Source: Candidatus Oxydemutatoraceae bacterium (lineage in GTDB: Bacteria > Pseudomonadota > Gammaproteobacteria > Poriferisulfidales > Oxydemutatoraceae). Taken from it: a DNA stretch of 64,000 nucleotides. Each line of letters opens with the position of its first letter. Position 1 is the stretch's first letter. A model generated the notes under the pieces. It had not been told where the DNA came from. It worked only from the letters and a program-made list of their open reading frames with translations, and searched no databases. Where the stretch lies: the NCBI GenBank assembly GCA_965218975.1, contig OZ244717.1:1504001-1568000 (forward strand). The letters run 5' to 3'. Shown here piece by piece: positions 51,068-61,046 of this stretch. Position numbers and translations under genes: made by a program.

Positions 51068-52855
51068 TTATCGCCGGCGTTTATGCGCAGGCAAGCGCTC
51101 GAGTATTCCTTTGACAACCGACTGAAGATCATCAAAGTGCTTAAAATGCTCTCGGGTTCCTTCTTTATGAATGTACTCGGCAAATTTTCTCTTGCCGTTC
51201 CTAAATGTGTTTTTACCAGAGTCTAAATATGGTCTTAGCGCATCCTCATCATACATGTTTTCAATACCCCTCGAGGCGATTGAGTTCTCACGTTTTGGAA
51301 ATGAAAACGCTGTTACATTTTGAGGGTTGCCTGCGTTGTCTTTAAAATTTTCGGCTGTCTCTTTGGCATCACAATCCCACACGATAAGAATATGCGAGTT
51401 TGTCTTTACCCTTGAAAGCAACTGACCGTAAACCTTTAGCTGGGAAGCACCCGTTATATCTCGAAGATTGTCAAGTATTGCCACTTCTTGCGGAAAATAC
51501 AGACTCGCCCACCTTTCCAGATGATGCGCATTATTGCCTTCAGTCAAAATTGTGATCGGAGCGGCATCAGATATTGCAATTTTTAGTCCTTTTTCAATGG
51601 TTGCGAGGCCCTCGGACAGTTCTTCTATTGCCTCGGACTTTGTTACACGACCGATCTTGAAATTGTTTTGGCTTCGGACAAGTCGAAAAATCTCATCTTC
51701 CTCACAAACAGCAACGGTCGTCACCGAATGAGTCGCCATGATCACCCGCATTCCGTCAAAACTTTTGAGGCCGGAAATCAAAGCGGAAATCATTGACGGA
51801 TGAAGCACGCAATCAACTTCATCAAGAAGCAAAAGCCTGGGTTGACAACACCCAATGCTTCTATTAAACGAAGTCAACAAAAGTGTCATCATAATTGTCT
51901 CCCCGGATGAAAGGGTTTCGGCAGAGTAGCTTTCGCCTGTTGCTCTATTTGTCAGCTTTGTGGCAAACGAATATGGGCCACGACGGAAAAAAGTGAGTTT
52001 GTCTTCTTCCGGATCAGAAAATTCAAAATTGAATAGCTCAGGATCACCGGAAGCTTCTCGCATTTGTTCTAGCTTCCTTCTTAAAACAATCCAGGGCGGT
52101 TGTGTCTCCTTTCGGTATCGAGCCATTAGCTGTTGAATACTCTCCTGACTTGTTTCTCCTTGTGTATGAGCCCAAGCGTGTTGTCCAACTTTATATCGCG
52201 TAAATATTTCATTTAGGCCATTAGCAATGGTTTCTCCGTCGTAACAATCGGCCCGCAGAATATCATCGCGGTTGATTTCGTGTGGGAACTTCCCGCTCAA
52301 TTGAATAGACAAAACGATCAGAGAAGCCGGGTCGTCTCTTGCAGAATTAGATTGCCGATTTTTTAGCGGCCGAATAACCCATTCATTTATTTGCTTAAAG
52401 TAAGTGGATAGCGCCTCGTTGCTGTGCTCTTGGGCATACTGGCTTGAGCCCCTGGGAATTCTAATCTCATTCTTTAGATTTTCCTCAAATTCGCGGCGCT
52501 CATCGGAGCCGTCTTTTAAGTCGAAATCTTTCAAAGTCTGCGCAAAAATATTCTTGGCGGATTCTACAAGCGGTAAACCACTACTTGGCGCAAGATATTT
52601 TTCTATTGCTCTCGCAGCAAAGGAAGGTCTCGCCCCGTCTACTTTGGGGGAGTCGTGTAATTTGAATGAATTAAGATTGTACAATTCAATTTCCGGATAG
52701 GTAATACCGGACACTGATATAAAACCTTTTTCTATTGCTTGAAGCAGCTGTGTTTTGCCAATGCCGTTGCGGCCAATCAGCAACGAGAAATCCGGTAAAT
52801 CAGCCCCGGCGAGGTTCTTTATAGAAAGATATTTGCGCTTGAATTCAAGCTGCAT
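51068..52855 (-). CDS. OLD-like ABC ATPase with C-terminal TOPRIM-like domain
   Basis: GRNGIGKT, LSSGE, LLLLDEVDCVLHP, ATHS, then ILTEG...VWDCD...GIENMY. Confidence 0.7.
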   Translation of the reverse strand: MQLEFKRKYLSIKNLAGADLPDFSLLIGRNGIGKTQLLQAIEKGFISVSGITYPEIELYNLNSFKLHDSPKVDGARPSFAARAIEKYLAPSSGLPLVESAKNIFAQTLKDFDLKDGSDERREFEENLKNEIRIPRGSSQYAQEHSNEALSTYFKQINEWVIRPLKNRQSNSARDDPASLIVLSIQLSGKFPHEINRDDILRADCYDGETIANGLNEIFTRYKVGQHAWAHTQGETSQESIQQLMARYRKETQPPWIVLRRKLEQMREASGDPELFNFEFSDPEEDKLTFFRRGPYSFATKLTNRATGESYSAETLSSGETIMMTLLLTSFNRSIGCCQPRLLLLDEVDCVLHPSMISALISGLKSFDGMRVIMATHSVTTVAVCEEDEIFRLVRSQNNFKIGRVTKSEAIEELSEGLATIEKGLKIAISDAAPITILTEGNNAHHLERWASLYFPQEVAILDNLRDITGASQLKVYGQLLSRVKTNSHILIVWDCDAKETAENFKDNAGNPQNVTAFSFPKRENSIASRGIENMYDEDALRPYLDSGKNTFRNGKRKFAEYIHKEGTREHFKHFDDLQSVVKGILERLPAHKRRR

Positions 52856-52942
52856 TGCGTAACTCCGATAACCCTTTAGTCATTCCGTGCTTTTTGTTAG
52901 ATATGCTAAAAATTAGTTGCATTACGGATGCCGTTTCCCAAC

Positions 52943-53635
52943 TCATTCTTGGCTTTCCGCGTACGCTTGATGAAGCTTTCCGCCTTTCAAATGATAGACG
53001 CGGTCAAAACATTGTGCGAGTTCTAAGTCGTGAGTGGCTGTCAGTAAAGTCGTTCCGTCTTTGCGGTTCAGCTCCAACAAAATATCAGTAACTTTTACGG
53101 CAGTTTTTGCGTCAAGATTTCCGGTCGGTTCATCAGCGAATACATACTGCGGTTTAGCGATAAGCGCACGGCAAATCGCGACACGTTGTTGTTCGCCACC
53201 GGATAATTCGTCGGGTTTATGCTTTAACCGCTTGCCTAAGCCTACAATTTCAAGCAGTTCAATCGCGCGGGTCTCAGTCTGCCTTTGCCGTTCGCCGGCA
53301 ATCCAAATCGGCATCATTACATTTTCCAATAAAGTGAACTCGGCAAGCAAATGATAGAATTGATAAATAAATCCGACTTCTTTGCCGCGCCATCGGCATC
53401 GTGCATCCTCATGCATATCGCTGATAAGCTGTTGATTCGCAATAATTGTACCGGAATCAGGTAAATCTAAACCGGCAAGCAAATGCAGTAGTGTGCTTTT
53501 CCCGCTTCCGGAAGCACCGACAATGGCAAGCGTCTCTCCTCGCTCAACATTGAGATGCAAATCTTTTAATACGCTGATGCTTAGTTCGTCTTTGCCGTAC
53601 GATTTAACAACATTGCGGCACTCTATATATGCCAT
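52943..53635 (-). CDS. lolD: Lipoprotein-releasing ABC ATPase
   Basis: GASGSGKSTLLH, GFIYQFYHLLAEF, LSGGEQQR, ADEPTGNLD. Confidence 0.93.
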   Translation of the reverse strand: MAYIECRNVVKSYGKDELSISVLKDLHLNVERGETLAIVGASGSGKSTLLHLLAGLDLPDSGTIIANQQLISDMHEDARCRWRGKEVGFIYQFYHLLAEFTLLENVMMPIWIAGERQRQTETRAIELLEIVGLGKRLKHKPDELSGGEQQRVAICRALIAKPQYVFADEPTGNLDAKTAVKVTDILLELNRKDGTTLLTATHDLELAQCFDRVYHLKGGKLHQAYAESQE

Positions 53636-53636
53636 T

Positions 53637-54881
53637 CTATTCGTGCCTTAACGCTTCGGAAGGACGAATATTAGCGGCGTGCAGCGATGGATATAATGTC
53701 GCCAATGCGGTTAAAAGAAATGCTAAAGTAGCGGTAACGACGACATCGCCAAACAACAATTGCGACGGCACTTCGGTAATCGGGTACACATCCTGCGATA
53801 GAAATTTATGTCCGGTAATTCGTTCAATTCCGGCGACGATATTTTCAATGTTCAATGCCAGCGCAATGCCGCCGATTATGCCAAAACCAACACCGCCGAA
53901 ACCAATCAAACACCCTTGCGTCACGAAAATTCTCACGATGCGTGATGCAGTCATTCCCATCGTCTTAAGCACAGCAATATCAGCTTGTTTTTCAACAACT
54001 AGCATGATTAAGCTTGATACAATATTAAATGCTGCGACCGCAATAATTAAAGTCATAATAATCAGTAACAGTAGTTTCTCCATCTCCAGTGCGCGAAAAA
54101 AATTCTGATGACGTTTCGTCCAATCGCCGACCCAATAATCCATCCCAAGATTTTTTTGCAATTCACGACTAATTTCAGGGGCTTGAAACAAGTCTCTATA
54201 ACGTAATTGCACACCGCTGACCGCCTCACCAAGTCGAGAAATCTTTTGCGCGGAATTGATATGAAGCAATGCGATATTGCTATCATATTGCGGCATCCCC
54301 AGTTCAAAAATACCGCTGACAACCATCCGCTTAATCCTTGGCACCACACCTGCCGGAGTTTGCAAGACCTGCGAACTTAGTAATGTTACCTTATCGCCGA
54401 CTTGAACGCCCAAGCTACGCGCCAATGAGCGACCCAGAATCATTTGCCACTGACCGGCGCGTAAATCGTTCAATGAACCTTTGATCATATGTTGATTAAT
54501 TTGTGAAACTTCGGTTTCCAATTCGGGCTGTACCCCCCGTAAATAGGCGCCGTGGACTTTGCCTTCATGGGTCAGCATCGCTTGCGATTCAACGTACGGC
54601 GCATAAGCAATAATTTCAGTCTGCGCGTCAAACGACGTCTGCAAGCTTTGCCAGTTTCGTAAGTTTCCATCCAGCGCCTTTACCGTTCCATGGGCAGTGA
54701 AATCAAGAATCTTTGTTTGAATCTCATGCTTAAAACCATTCATCACGGATAGCACGGTGATAATAACAGTCACCCCCAGAGCGATGCCGATCATTGAAAT
54801 TAAAGTGATAAACGAAATAAAGTGATTACGCTTTTTTGCGCGTATATAGCGTAAACCGATACTGTATTCAATCCATTGCAT
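53637..54881 (-). CDS. lolC: Lipoprotein-releasing permease (LolC/E family; one copy in this window)
   Basis: RYIRAKKRNHFISFI, VLSVMNGF, AVAAFNIVSSL, IAVLKTMG, PSEALRHE. Confidence 0.9.
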   Translation of the reverse strand: MQWIEYSIGLRYIRAKKRNHFISFITLISMIGIALGVTVIITVLSVMNGFKHEIQTKILDFTAHGTVKALDGNLRNWQSLQTSFDAQTEIIAYAPYVESQAMLTHEGKVHGAYLRGVQPELETEVSQINQHMIKGSLNDLRAGQWQMILGRSLARSLGVQVGDKVTLLSSQVLQTPAGVVPRIKRMVVSGIFELGMPQYDSNIALLHINSAQKISRLGEAVSGVQLRYRDLFQAPEISRELQKNLGMDYWVGDWTKRHQNFFRALEMEKLLLLIIMTLIIAVAAFNIVSSLIMLVVEKQADIAVLKTMGMTASRIVRIFVTQGCLIGFGGVGFGIIGGIALALNIENIVAGIERITGHKFLSQDVYPITEVPSQLLFGDVVVTATLAFLLTALATLYPSLHAANIRPSEALRHE

Positions 54882-54889
54882 TTTATATT

Positions 54890-56131
54890 TTACTGCTTCA
54901 CAATCTCCGTGATACGCACTGTCACAGGAATTACCTGCTGCGTATCTGTCAGCGATATGGCCCCGCTGCGTCCAACCAAATCCCCCGGTTGCTGTTTTGC
55001 TTGCCCCGATTTAGATACCCGCGCAAAAACTTGAACTTGCGGGAAGCTGCTTAATAACATATTAGGAAGCATTGCATCGGCATCGCTGAAAGTGAAAGTA
55101 TGCGGCAAGTCGGCAACTATCAGCCGCTTTACCGCAAGCGGCATCGGCGGTCCGTCTACAGCGCGCGCATAAACGAATACGCTGTCCTGATCCACGGCTT
55201 GTTTGACGATTTTCGGATCAAGGTTAACGCTAATTTCAAGTACAGGATTGGTAATACCGTTCGTTGTTTGTTCTGCCTTTTGCAGTAAGCTTTGCTTTGC
55301 TGCGGAAGCAGTAGTTGCGGACAGCTTATCCGCATGTTCTTTTGCTCGCTCAATCATACTCAGCAATTCGTTGCGCCATTTACCCTGCATTTCATCGCCC
55401 GCAAGCGCATATAAGGTTTCCCAACGCTTGATTGCCGCCTGATAAGTTCCTTGATTAAATTCCAGCGTTCCATATAAAAACAATGCAATTCTGTTATCGG
55501 GTGAATTCAGTATGATTCTTTCCAATAACGAACGCGCTTTTTCAGGATTGCTGTCCGCAAGAAGCAATGTTTCAACATACTCAATTAACTGATCGTCGGT
55601 GCGTAGCACATTGAGGCGCTCCAATTCGGCATAAGCCTTTACCGCTTCATCGTGCTGATTAAGCGCTTTATACGCTTCAACCAATAGCATCCAGGCGGTT
55701 ACGTCATCGGGATTTTGTTCTAATTCAAGCTTGCTTTGCGTAATAGTATTGTGGAGGCTTTCAACACCTTTTTGTATTTCTTGCATGGTGATCATCATCT
55801 CGTAACCGTTTGACCGTGCAAGATAAGCGCCGATACTGGCAGCGACAACGAAGATAGTGATCATAAAAGCGCCGATAAGATGTCGTTTGACGGACGGCGG
55901 CGAAAGATCATCCGAAAATTTTTGCACTGTACTTAGCGCCTGCTTCGCTTGCATGTATTCCTGCTCGCTGATAAGCTGCAAATTCCTTTCCTGGCTCAAC
56001 TCTAATAAATAATAATCATATAACTTATCAGATCTGCCTTTTTGCGGATGCGCTTTACCTAGCGATAATAACGGACGTGCCAATAGATAAATAACCGGGA
56101 AAAACAACAATGCCGTAATAAGCCAAAACAT
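54890..56131 (-). CDS. ccmI: Cytochrome c maturation protein CcmI (TPR)
   Basis: N-terminal TMs, TPR-like helices, C-terminal VFVYARAVDGPPMPLAV...ARVSKSG. Confidence 0.88.
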   Translation of the reverse strand: MFWLITALLFFPVIYLLARPLLSLGKAHPQKGRSDKLYDYYLLELSQERNLQLISEQEYMQAKQALSTVQKFSDDLSPPSVKRHLIGAFMITIFVVAASIGAYLARSNGYEMMITMQEIQKGVESLHNTITQSKLELEQNPDDVTAWMLLVEAYKALNQHDEAVKAYAELERLNVLRTDDQLIEYVETLLLADSNPEKARSLLERIILNSPDNRIALFLYGTLEFNQGTYQAAIKRWETLYALAGDEMQGKWRNELLSMIERAKEHADKLSATTASAAKQSLLQKAEQTTNGITNPVLEISVNLDPKIVKQAVDQDSVFVYARAVDGPPMPLAVKRLIVADLPHTFTFSDADAMLPNMLLSSFPQVQVFARVSKSGQAKQQPGDLVGRSGAISLTDTQQVIPVTVRITEIVKQ

Positions 56132-56527
56132 TTATTTGCTATCCCGATTGAATCTCCGAAGATATAAAAATACTCCGCTCAAAATAGCGAATAATGTCAG
56201 AAAAGGTGCAAACCAAAGTAAAGCGGTAGTTAATTTTAACGGCGGGCGATAACGCACAAAGTCACCATAACGGTCGGTTAAAAACATGTAAATTTCCTTG
56301 TCAGGGGTGTTGGCACGCACCATTTTTAACACGACTGTACGTAAATCACCGGCAAGTTCCGCATTGGAATCCGCCAACGATTGATTTTGACAGACTAAAC
56401 AACGCAATTCCTTGAGCAGGGTTTGATAACGCATCAATTGTTCCGGACTTAAGTCTTGCGGCGCAAAATTGGCATGGCTAACGCTTAAAATGCTAACGAT
56501 TAGAACCAATGCTATTTTTTTAACCAC
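56132..56527 (-). CDS. ccmH: CcmH
   Basis: ELRCLVCQNQSLADSNA, RYGDFVRYRPP. Confidence 0.95.
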   Translation of the reverse strand: MVKKIALVLIVSILSVSHANFAPQDLSPEQLMRYQTLLKELRCLVCQNQSLADSNAELAGDLRTVVLKMVRANTPDKEIYMFLTDRYGDFVRYRPPLKLTTALLWFAPFLTLFAILSGVFLYLRRFNRDSK

Positions 56528-57065
56528 TACCCTGCCCCTGCAGTTTTCGAATCAACGGTAAGATTACCGTGTCAATGTCTTCAGGGGTAATCGGTCCGAT
56601 ATGTTTGTATTGAATGATTCCCCGCGCATCCAACACATACGTTTCAGGAACGCCATACACCCCCCAATCAATTCCAATCTCTCCGCTAAGATCATGCACA
56701 ATGCTCTGATACGGACTCCCTTCGTTTATCAGCCACTTTATCGCATCTTCCCGTTCATCTTTATAATTAATCGCATGCAATGGAAATTGTTCAAGTTCGG
56801 CCAAACGCATCAATAACGGATGTTCATCCAAACATGCGATGCACCAGCTCGCCCAAATATTAACCAACCCCGGCGTTCCGACCCAATCCAAGTGTCTGAT
56901 CGTCTGTTCAGGTTCAATCAATGCCAACCCGGCAAAGCTCGGCATCGGCTTGCCGATCAAAGGAGATTTAATCTGTTCAGGATTGAGATTTAAACCGATT
57001 GCCAAGAAAATTGATAACGCGACAAAAATTAAAAATGGCGATAAAAAACGCATAGCATTTTGCAA
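56520..57065 (-). CDS. ccmG: Thiol:disulfide oxidoreductase CcmG/DsbE
   Basis: SPLIGKP, WASWCIAC, GVYGVPETY. Confidence 0.95.
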   Translation of the reverse strand: MQNAMRFLSPFLIFVALSIFLAIGLNLNPEQIKSPLIGKPMPSFAGLALIEPEQTIRHLDWVGTPGLVNIWASWCIACLDEHPLLMRLAELEQFPLHAINYKDEREDAIKWLINEGSPYQSIVHDLSGEIGIDWGVYGVPETYVLDARGIIQYKHIGPITPEDIDTVILPLIRKLQGQGSG

Positions 57066-57073
57066 CCGTCGGA

Positions 57074-59020
57074 TTATTTTGCCAAAGCAGCTCGAATCAG
57101 CTCGCGGCGTCGCGCCCGCAAGCGATAGCGCCGGTCAAAAGCCGCCGAAATACCTCCTATCGCCATGAGTAACGCGCCTAGCCAAATCCATCGTACCATC
57201 GGGCGATAATAAACCCGCATCCCCCACATGCCATTGGGAACCTTCTCTCCCAACGCGACATACAGATCGCGTAGAAAATGAATATCAATTGCCACCTCAG
57301 TCATCGGGTTTGTTTGCACTTGATATACACGTTTCTGCGGATGCAAAACTGCAATCTGATTACCATCCTTCAGCACTTCGATCATTGCCTGTTCCGCCGA
57401 ATAATTGGCGTCTTCTACTGTTTCAACTCCTTTAAAGATAAAGTCATATCCTCTAACTGTTACTTGCACGCCTTCTTCCATTAAAACTTCGCGCTCAACG
57501 CTATAAACACTGGTCAGCGTAACGCCTAAAGTAAAAACTCCGATTCCAATATGGGCAAATGTCATACCGATAAAACCGCCGGTCAAGCTCTGTGCTGCTG
57601 TCATCCGTCGAATCAGATGGACAAGGCTAACAAGAATCACCCAGCTGCCGGCGGTGATACCGACTGTTGCGATAAGGCTCCACTGACCATAGCCTAACAG
57701 CGGCACAAGGATGCCTATAGCCAATGCAACCGGAAGAATGCCCCGAATCATCCGGCTGATTCTCTCCGTTGTCGCTTGTTGCCATTGTAAAAACGGCCCG
57801 AGACCCGCTAAAAAAACTAGCGGCAAAGTAAGCGGCACAAATACCGTGTTGAAGTACGGAGGACCGACAGAAATTTTTCCCAAATCCAATACTTCCATAA
57901 ACAACGGGTAGAGCGTCGCAATTAAAATTGATAAAGCGCTGGTTAATAAAATGACGTTATTAATTAATAAAAAACTCTCGCGCGAGAAAATGCCGAATCT
58001 GTTTTGGCTGTGTATCATCGGTGCACGCCAAGCATACAGTATCAACGAAATGCCGGTTACAATACCTAGAAATAGTAGGATGAAAACTCCGCGAGCGGGG
58101 TCGGAGGCAAATGCGTGTACTGATATTAGCACTCCCGAACGCACTAAAAACGTGCCGAGCAAGCTCAAAGAAAAAGTGAGCAATGCAAGCAAAACCGCCC
58201 AACTTTTGAATGCATTACGCTTTTCCGCAATGATTAGCGAATGAATCAATGCAGTTCCGACTAACCACGGCATAAACGAAGCATTCTCGACGGGGTCCCA
58301 AAACCACCATCCCCCCCAGCCTAGTTCGTGATATGCCCACCAGCTGCCTAATGCAATTCCGGCGGTCAAGAAAGTCCATGCCATCAATGTCCATGGGCGC
58401 GAACGACGTGCCCACAGCATATCAAGCCGCCCGCTGATCAACGAAGCGACAGCAAAAGCAAATGCGACTGAAAAACCGACATAGCCGATGTACAACAATG
58501 GCGGATGAATGATGAGCCCGAAATCTTGCAGTAACGGATTCAAATCGCGACCATCAAACGGGATTGGGAAAACTCGATCAAACGGATTGGAAGTTATGAT
58601 AGTAAATAGTAAAAAACCGGCACTGATAAAACCCATGACCGCAATGACTCGGGCGCTAAATTGTGCCGGCAAATCAGTATTGAAAATGGTGACCGCCAGC
58701 GTCCATGCTGCAAGAATCAATATCCATAATAGCAAGGAGCCTTCATGCGCGCCCCAAACAGCCGACAATTTATAGTATAGCGGCAATGCCGAATTAGAAT
58801 TAGCCGCTACATAGCGAACACTGAAATCATCGGTGACAAATGCGTAACTAAGACAAGCGTATGCGACCAGCACAAGTAACGCTTGTGCTTGCGCGGCTGC
58901 CGGCGCGAAGCGTAACAAACTGCCGATGTGCATTTGCGCACCGATTAACGGGAGAACGGTTTGCAGTATCGTCACCATTAGCGCGCTCACTAATGCAAAA
59001 TGTCCTAATTCAACGATCAT
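57074..59020 (-). CDS. ccmF: Heme lyase CcmF
   Basis: WGAHEGSLLLW, HPPLLY, WGGWWFWDPVENAS, SVHAF. Confidence 0.97.
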   Translation of the reverse strand: MIVELGHFALVSALMVTILQTVLPLIGAQMHIGSLLRFAPAAAQAQALLVLVAYACLSYAFVTDDFSVRYVAANSNSALPLYYKLSAVWGAHEGSLLLWILILAAWTLAVTIFNTDLPAQFSARVIAVMGFISAGFLLFTIITSNPFDRVFPIPFDGRDLNPLLQDFGLIIHPPLLYIGYVGFSVAFAFAVASLISGRLDMLWARRSRPWTLMAWTFLTAGIALGSWWAYHELGWGGWWFWDPVENASFMPWLVGTALIHSLIIAEKRNAFKSWAVLLALLTFSLSLLGTFLVRSGVLISVHAFASDPARGVFILLFLGIVTGISLILYAWRAPMIHSQNRFGIFSRESFLLINNVILLTSALSILIATLYPLFMEVLDLGKISVGPPYFNTVFVPLTLPLVFLAGLGPFLQWQQATTERISRMIRGILPVALAIGILVPLLGYGQWSLIATVGITAGSWVILVSLVHLIRRMTAAQSLTGGFIGMTFAHIGIGVFTLGVTLTSVYSVEREVLMEEGVQVTVRGYDFIFKGVETVEDANYSAEQAMIEVLKDGNQIAVLHPQKRVYQVQTNPMTEVAIDIHFLRDLYVALGEKVPNGMWGMRVYYRPMVRWIWLGALLMAIGGISAAFDRRYRLRARRRELIRAALAK

Positions 59021-59469
59021 GGCGTGCGTTTGATACCGATCGGTTGCATTGGAGTTCCTGTCTGCCGTAACGCTTCGGCAACCTCAGGGGGCATGTAATT
59101 TTCATCGTGTTTTGCCAATACCCGCTTAGCAACGAATACTCTGGCATCATTCATCGTGCCGGTGGCGATAATCCCCTGTCCTTCATGAAACAAATCAGGC
59201 AATAAACCCTTGTAGTCAATCGAAATCGTATTCATGGTATCGGTAATATCAAACTGCACTCGTGTTCCTTCATATTGAACACTGCCGACAACAACTATAC
59301 CGCCAATATTAAAATCACGCCGAATGGGATTATTCTCCGTCACCTGACTGGGAGTGTAAAAATATAGCAAATTCTGCTCGAATGAATATAAGATCAAAGC
59401 AGTCGCGCTACCGAATGCAACCACCAATAATGCGACAAACATCAAGCGTTGTTTACGTCGTCGTATCAT
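59017..59469 (-). CDS. ccmE: Heme chaperone CcmE
   Basis: LPDLFHEGQG, VLAKHDENYMPPE. Confidence 0.96.
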   Translation of the reverse strand: MIRRRKQRLMFVALLVVAFGSATALILYSFEQNLLYFYTPSQVTENNPIRRDFNIGGIVVVGSVQYEGTRVQFDITDTMNTISIDYKGLLPDLFHEGQGIIATGTMNDARVFVAKRVLAKHDENYMPPEVAEALRQTGTPMQPIGIKRTP

Positions 59470-59475
59470 AATGAA

Positions 59476-59622
59476 TCAACCGTCAAGTATTCCATATTGA
59501 TTTGCCTGCCGACGATGTCGGCGCAAAGGTATCCAAATATTGAGCAACAGCACTAACACTCCCAACGCATAGGATAACCAAACATAAACGCCATAGCCTC
59601 CCATTGCCAACCATTCCATCAT
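59476..59622 (-). CDS. ccmD: Heme exporter protein CcmD (48 aa, absent from the ORF track)
   Basis: MMEWLAMGGYGVYVWLSYALGVLVLLLNIWIPLRRHRRQ...; ATGA overlap with the ccmC stop; between ccmC and ccmE. Confidence 0.9.
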   Translation of the reverse strand: MMEWLAMGGYGVYVWLSYALGVLVLLLNIWIPLRRHRRQANQYGILDG

Positions 59623-60347
59623 TGCATTTTTCTCAACCAAAGACGGTCTTTTTCACGAATCAAGATGGCACCGCATAATCGCGCTAGAAATGCCGTCAGG
59701 TAATGCAGAATAAAAACCACCGACATAAATAACAACGGAAACAACATGCTCGGATGTGCCGCCGGTGCATCAAAACGCGTCACTGTCGGTCCCTGGTGTA
59801 ACGTGCTCCACCATTCGACCGAATAATGAATAATCGGCACATTTACAACGCCCACTATACTTAGCAATGCTGCGGCACGTGCCGCCTTGTGCGGGTCAGG
59901 AATGGATGCATGTAATGCAATTACTCCAAAATATAAGAACAACAAAATCAATTCCGAAGTCAAACGCGCATCCCATACCCAATATGTTCCCCACATCGGT
60001 TTCCCCCACAGCATCCCGGTAACCAAAGCAAGCGCAGCAAACGATGCGCCTATAGGAGCGCTTTCCACACAAATCAACTCAGAAACTTTAGTCCGCCAAA
60101 CTAATGCGATTGCGCCGCTGACCGCCATTGTGACGTAGATAAGTAATGACATCCACGCTGCCGGCACATGAATATAGATAATTCGGTAGGCCTCACCTTG
60201 CTGATAATCAGGCGGGGCGATAACTAGTCCCCAAACAATACCGATGCTTACTCCTAGCACAGTCAGCCCAATGAGCCATGGCAGAGCCTTAACCGACCGC
60301 TTGTAACATTTCTCTAAGGACAAAAATTCCTTAATTATTAATAGCAT
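59619..60347 (-). CDS. ccmC: Heme exporter CcmC
   Basis: RIIYIHVPAAW, WGKPMWGTYWVWDARLTS, SVEWWSTLHQ. Confidence 0.97.
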   Translation of the reverse strand: MLLIIKEFLSLEKCYKRSVKALPWLIGLTVLGVSIGIVWGLVIAPPDYQQGEAYRIIYIHVPAAWMSLLIYVTMAVSGAIALVWRTKVSELICVESAPIGASFAALALVTGMLWGKPMWGTYWVWDARLTSELILLFLYFGVIALHASIPDPHKAARAAALLSIVGVVNVPIIHYSVEWWSTLHQGPTVTRFDAPAAHPSMLFPLLFMSVVFILHYLTAFLARLCGAILIREKDRLWLRKMQ

Positions 60348-60377
60348 GACTAATATAACTTAAAATTAGATTAAAGT

Positions 60378-61046
60378 TTAATCCAAGACGACTCTTAAAG
60401 CGGCAGCGGCACAAATCGGCGCCAGAACCGATGCTAATATTAGCATAGCGCCTAACAAAGCGAAGTACCCGGAAATTGGCAACCCAAGGACCGCTGCCTC
60501 GCTTAATTGCGTGCCAAAAATCAACGGCGGCAAGTATAGCGGTAGCACCAATAACCCGGTCAGCATGCTTCCCTGCCGTAATGGCACGGTTAAAGCCGCA
60601 CCGATTGCTCCAATCAACGTGATAGTGAGTGTCCCCATCAGCAAAGCCAATATCAATACGGGAATTGCGGTCGACGGCAAAAATAAGAGTCCCGCATATA
60701 AACCGGCAACAATGGCTAAAGGTACACCGTTGATCAACCAATGCGAAATTACTTTGGCAAATAACAGCAGCCCTAACGGTTGTGGCACTAATAGCAGCTG
60801 TTCAAGCGAACCATTTTCATAGTCAGGGTGTAAAAATCGTTCTAACGACAAAAAGCCCGATAATAAAGTGGCAATCCAGACTACGCTCGGACCGAATTGA
60901 AGAATTTTTTGCGGGTCTGCTGCCATTGATAGCGGAAACAAAATAGTGACCACTGTGAAAAATAGCAAAGGCTCAATCCAACCGCTGCGTCGATGCAACA
61001 CACCGGCAGCATCACGCCTTATGATCGCTGCAATTGATTGAAACAT
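60378..61046 (-). CDS. ccmB: Heme exporter CcmB
   Basis: DYENGSLEQL, HWL, LVLPLYLPPLIFG. Confidence 0.94.
   Translation of the reverse strand: MFQSIAAIIRRDAAGVLHRRSGWIEPLLFFTVVTILFPLSMAADPQKILQFGPSVVWIATLLSGFLSLERFLHPDYENGSLEQLLLVPQPLGLLLFAKVISHWLINGVPLAIVAGLYAGLLFLPSTAIPVLILALLMGTLTITLIGAIGAALTVPLRQGSMLTGLLVLPLYLPPLIFGTQLSEAAVLGLPISGYFALLGAMLILASVLAPICAAAALRVVLD

Larger units (their letters stand above)
35900..52940. other. Accessory/defence island between lolD and comEC (boundaries approximate)
   Basis: Interrupts the usual lolC-lolD-comEC-msbA order; AT-rich and GC-rich blocks by eye; IS remnants; CBASS, TIR, R-M and OLD-like genes; no integrase seen. Confidence 0.8.

Noticed and set aside
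44560-51226. Long antisense ORFs (e.g. 46146-47213, 45372-46103)
   Set aside because: Shadow frames of the GC-rich res and mod genes with no recognisable motifs
51068-52855. Gabija or retron-associated OLD system
   Set aside because: No UvrD-like GajB and no reverse transcriptase or msr-msd in the window
35900-52940. Prophage, ICE or integron explaining the island
   Set aside because: No integrase, structural or conjugation genes, no att repeats and no convincing attC sites
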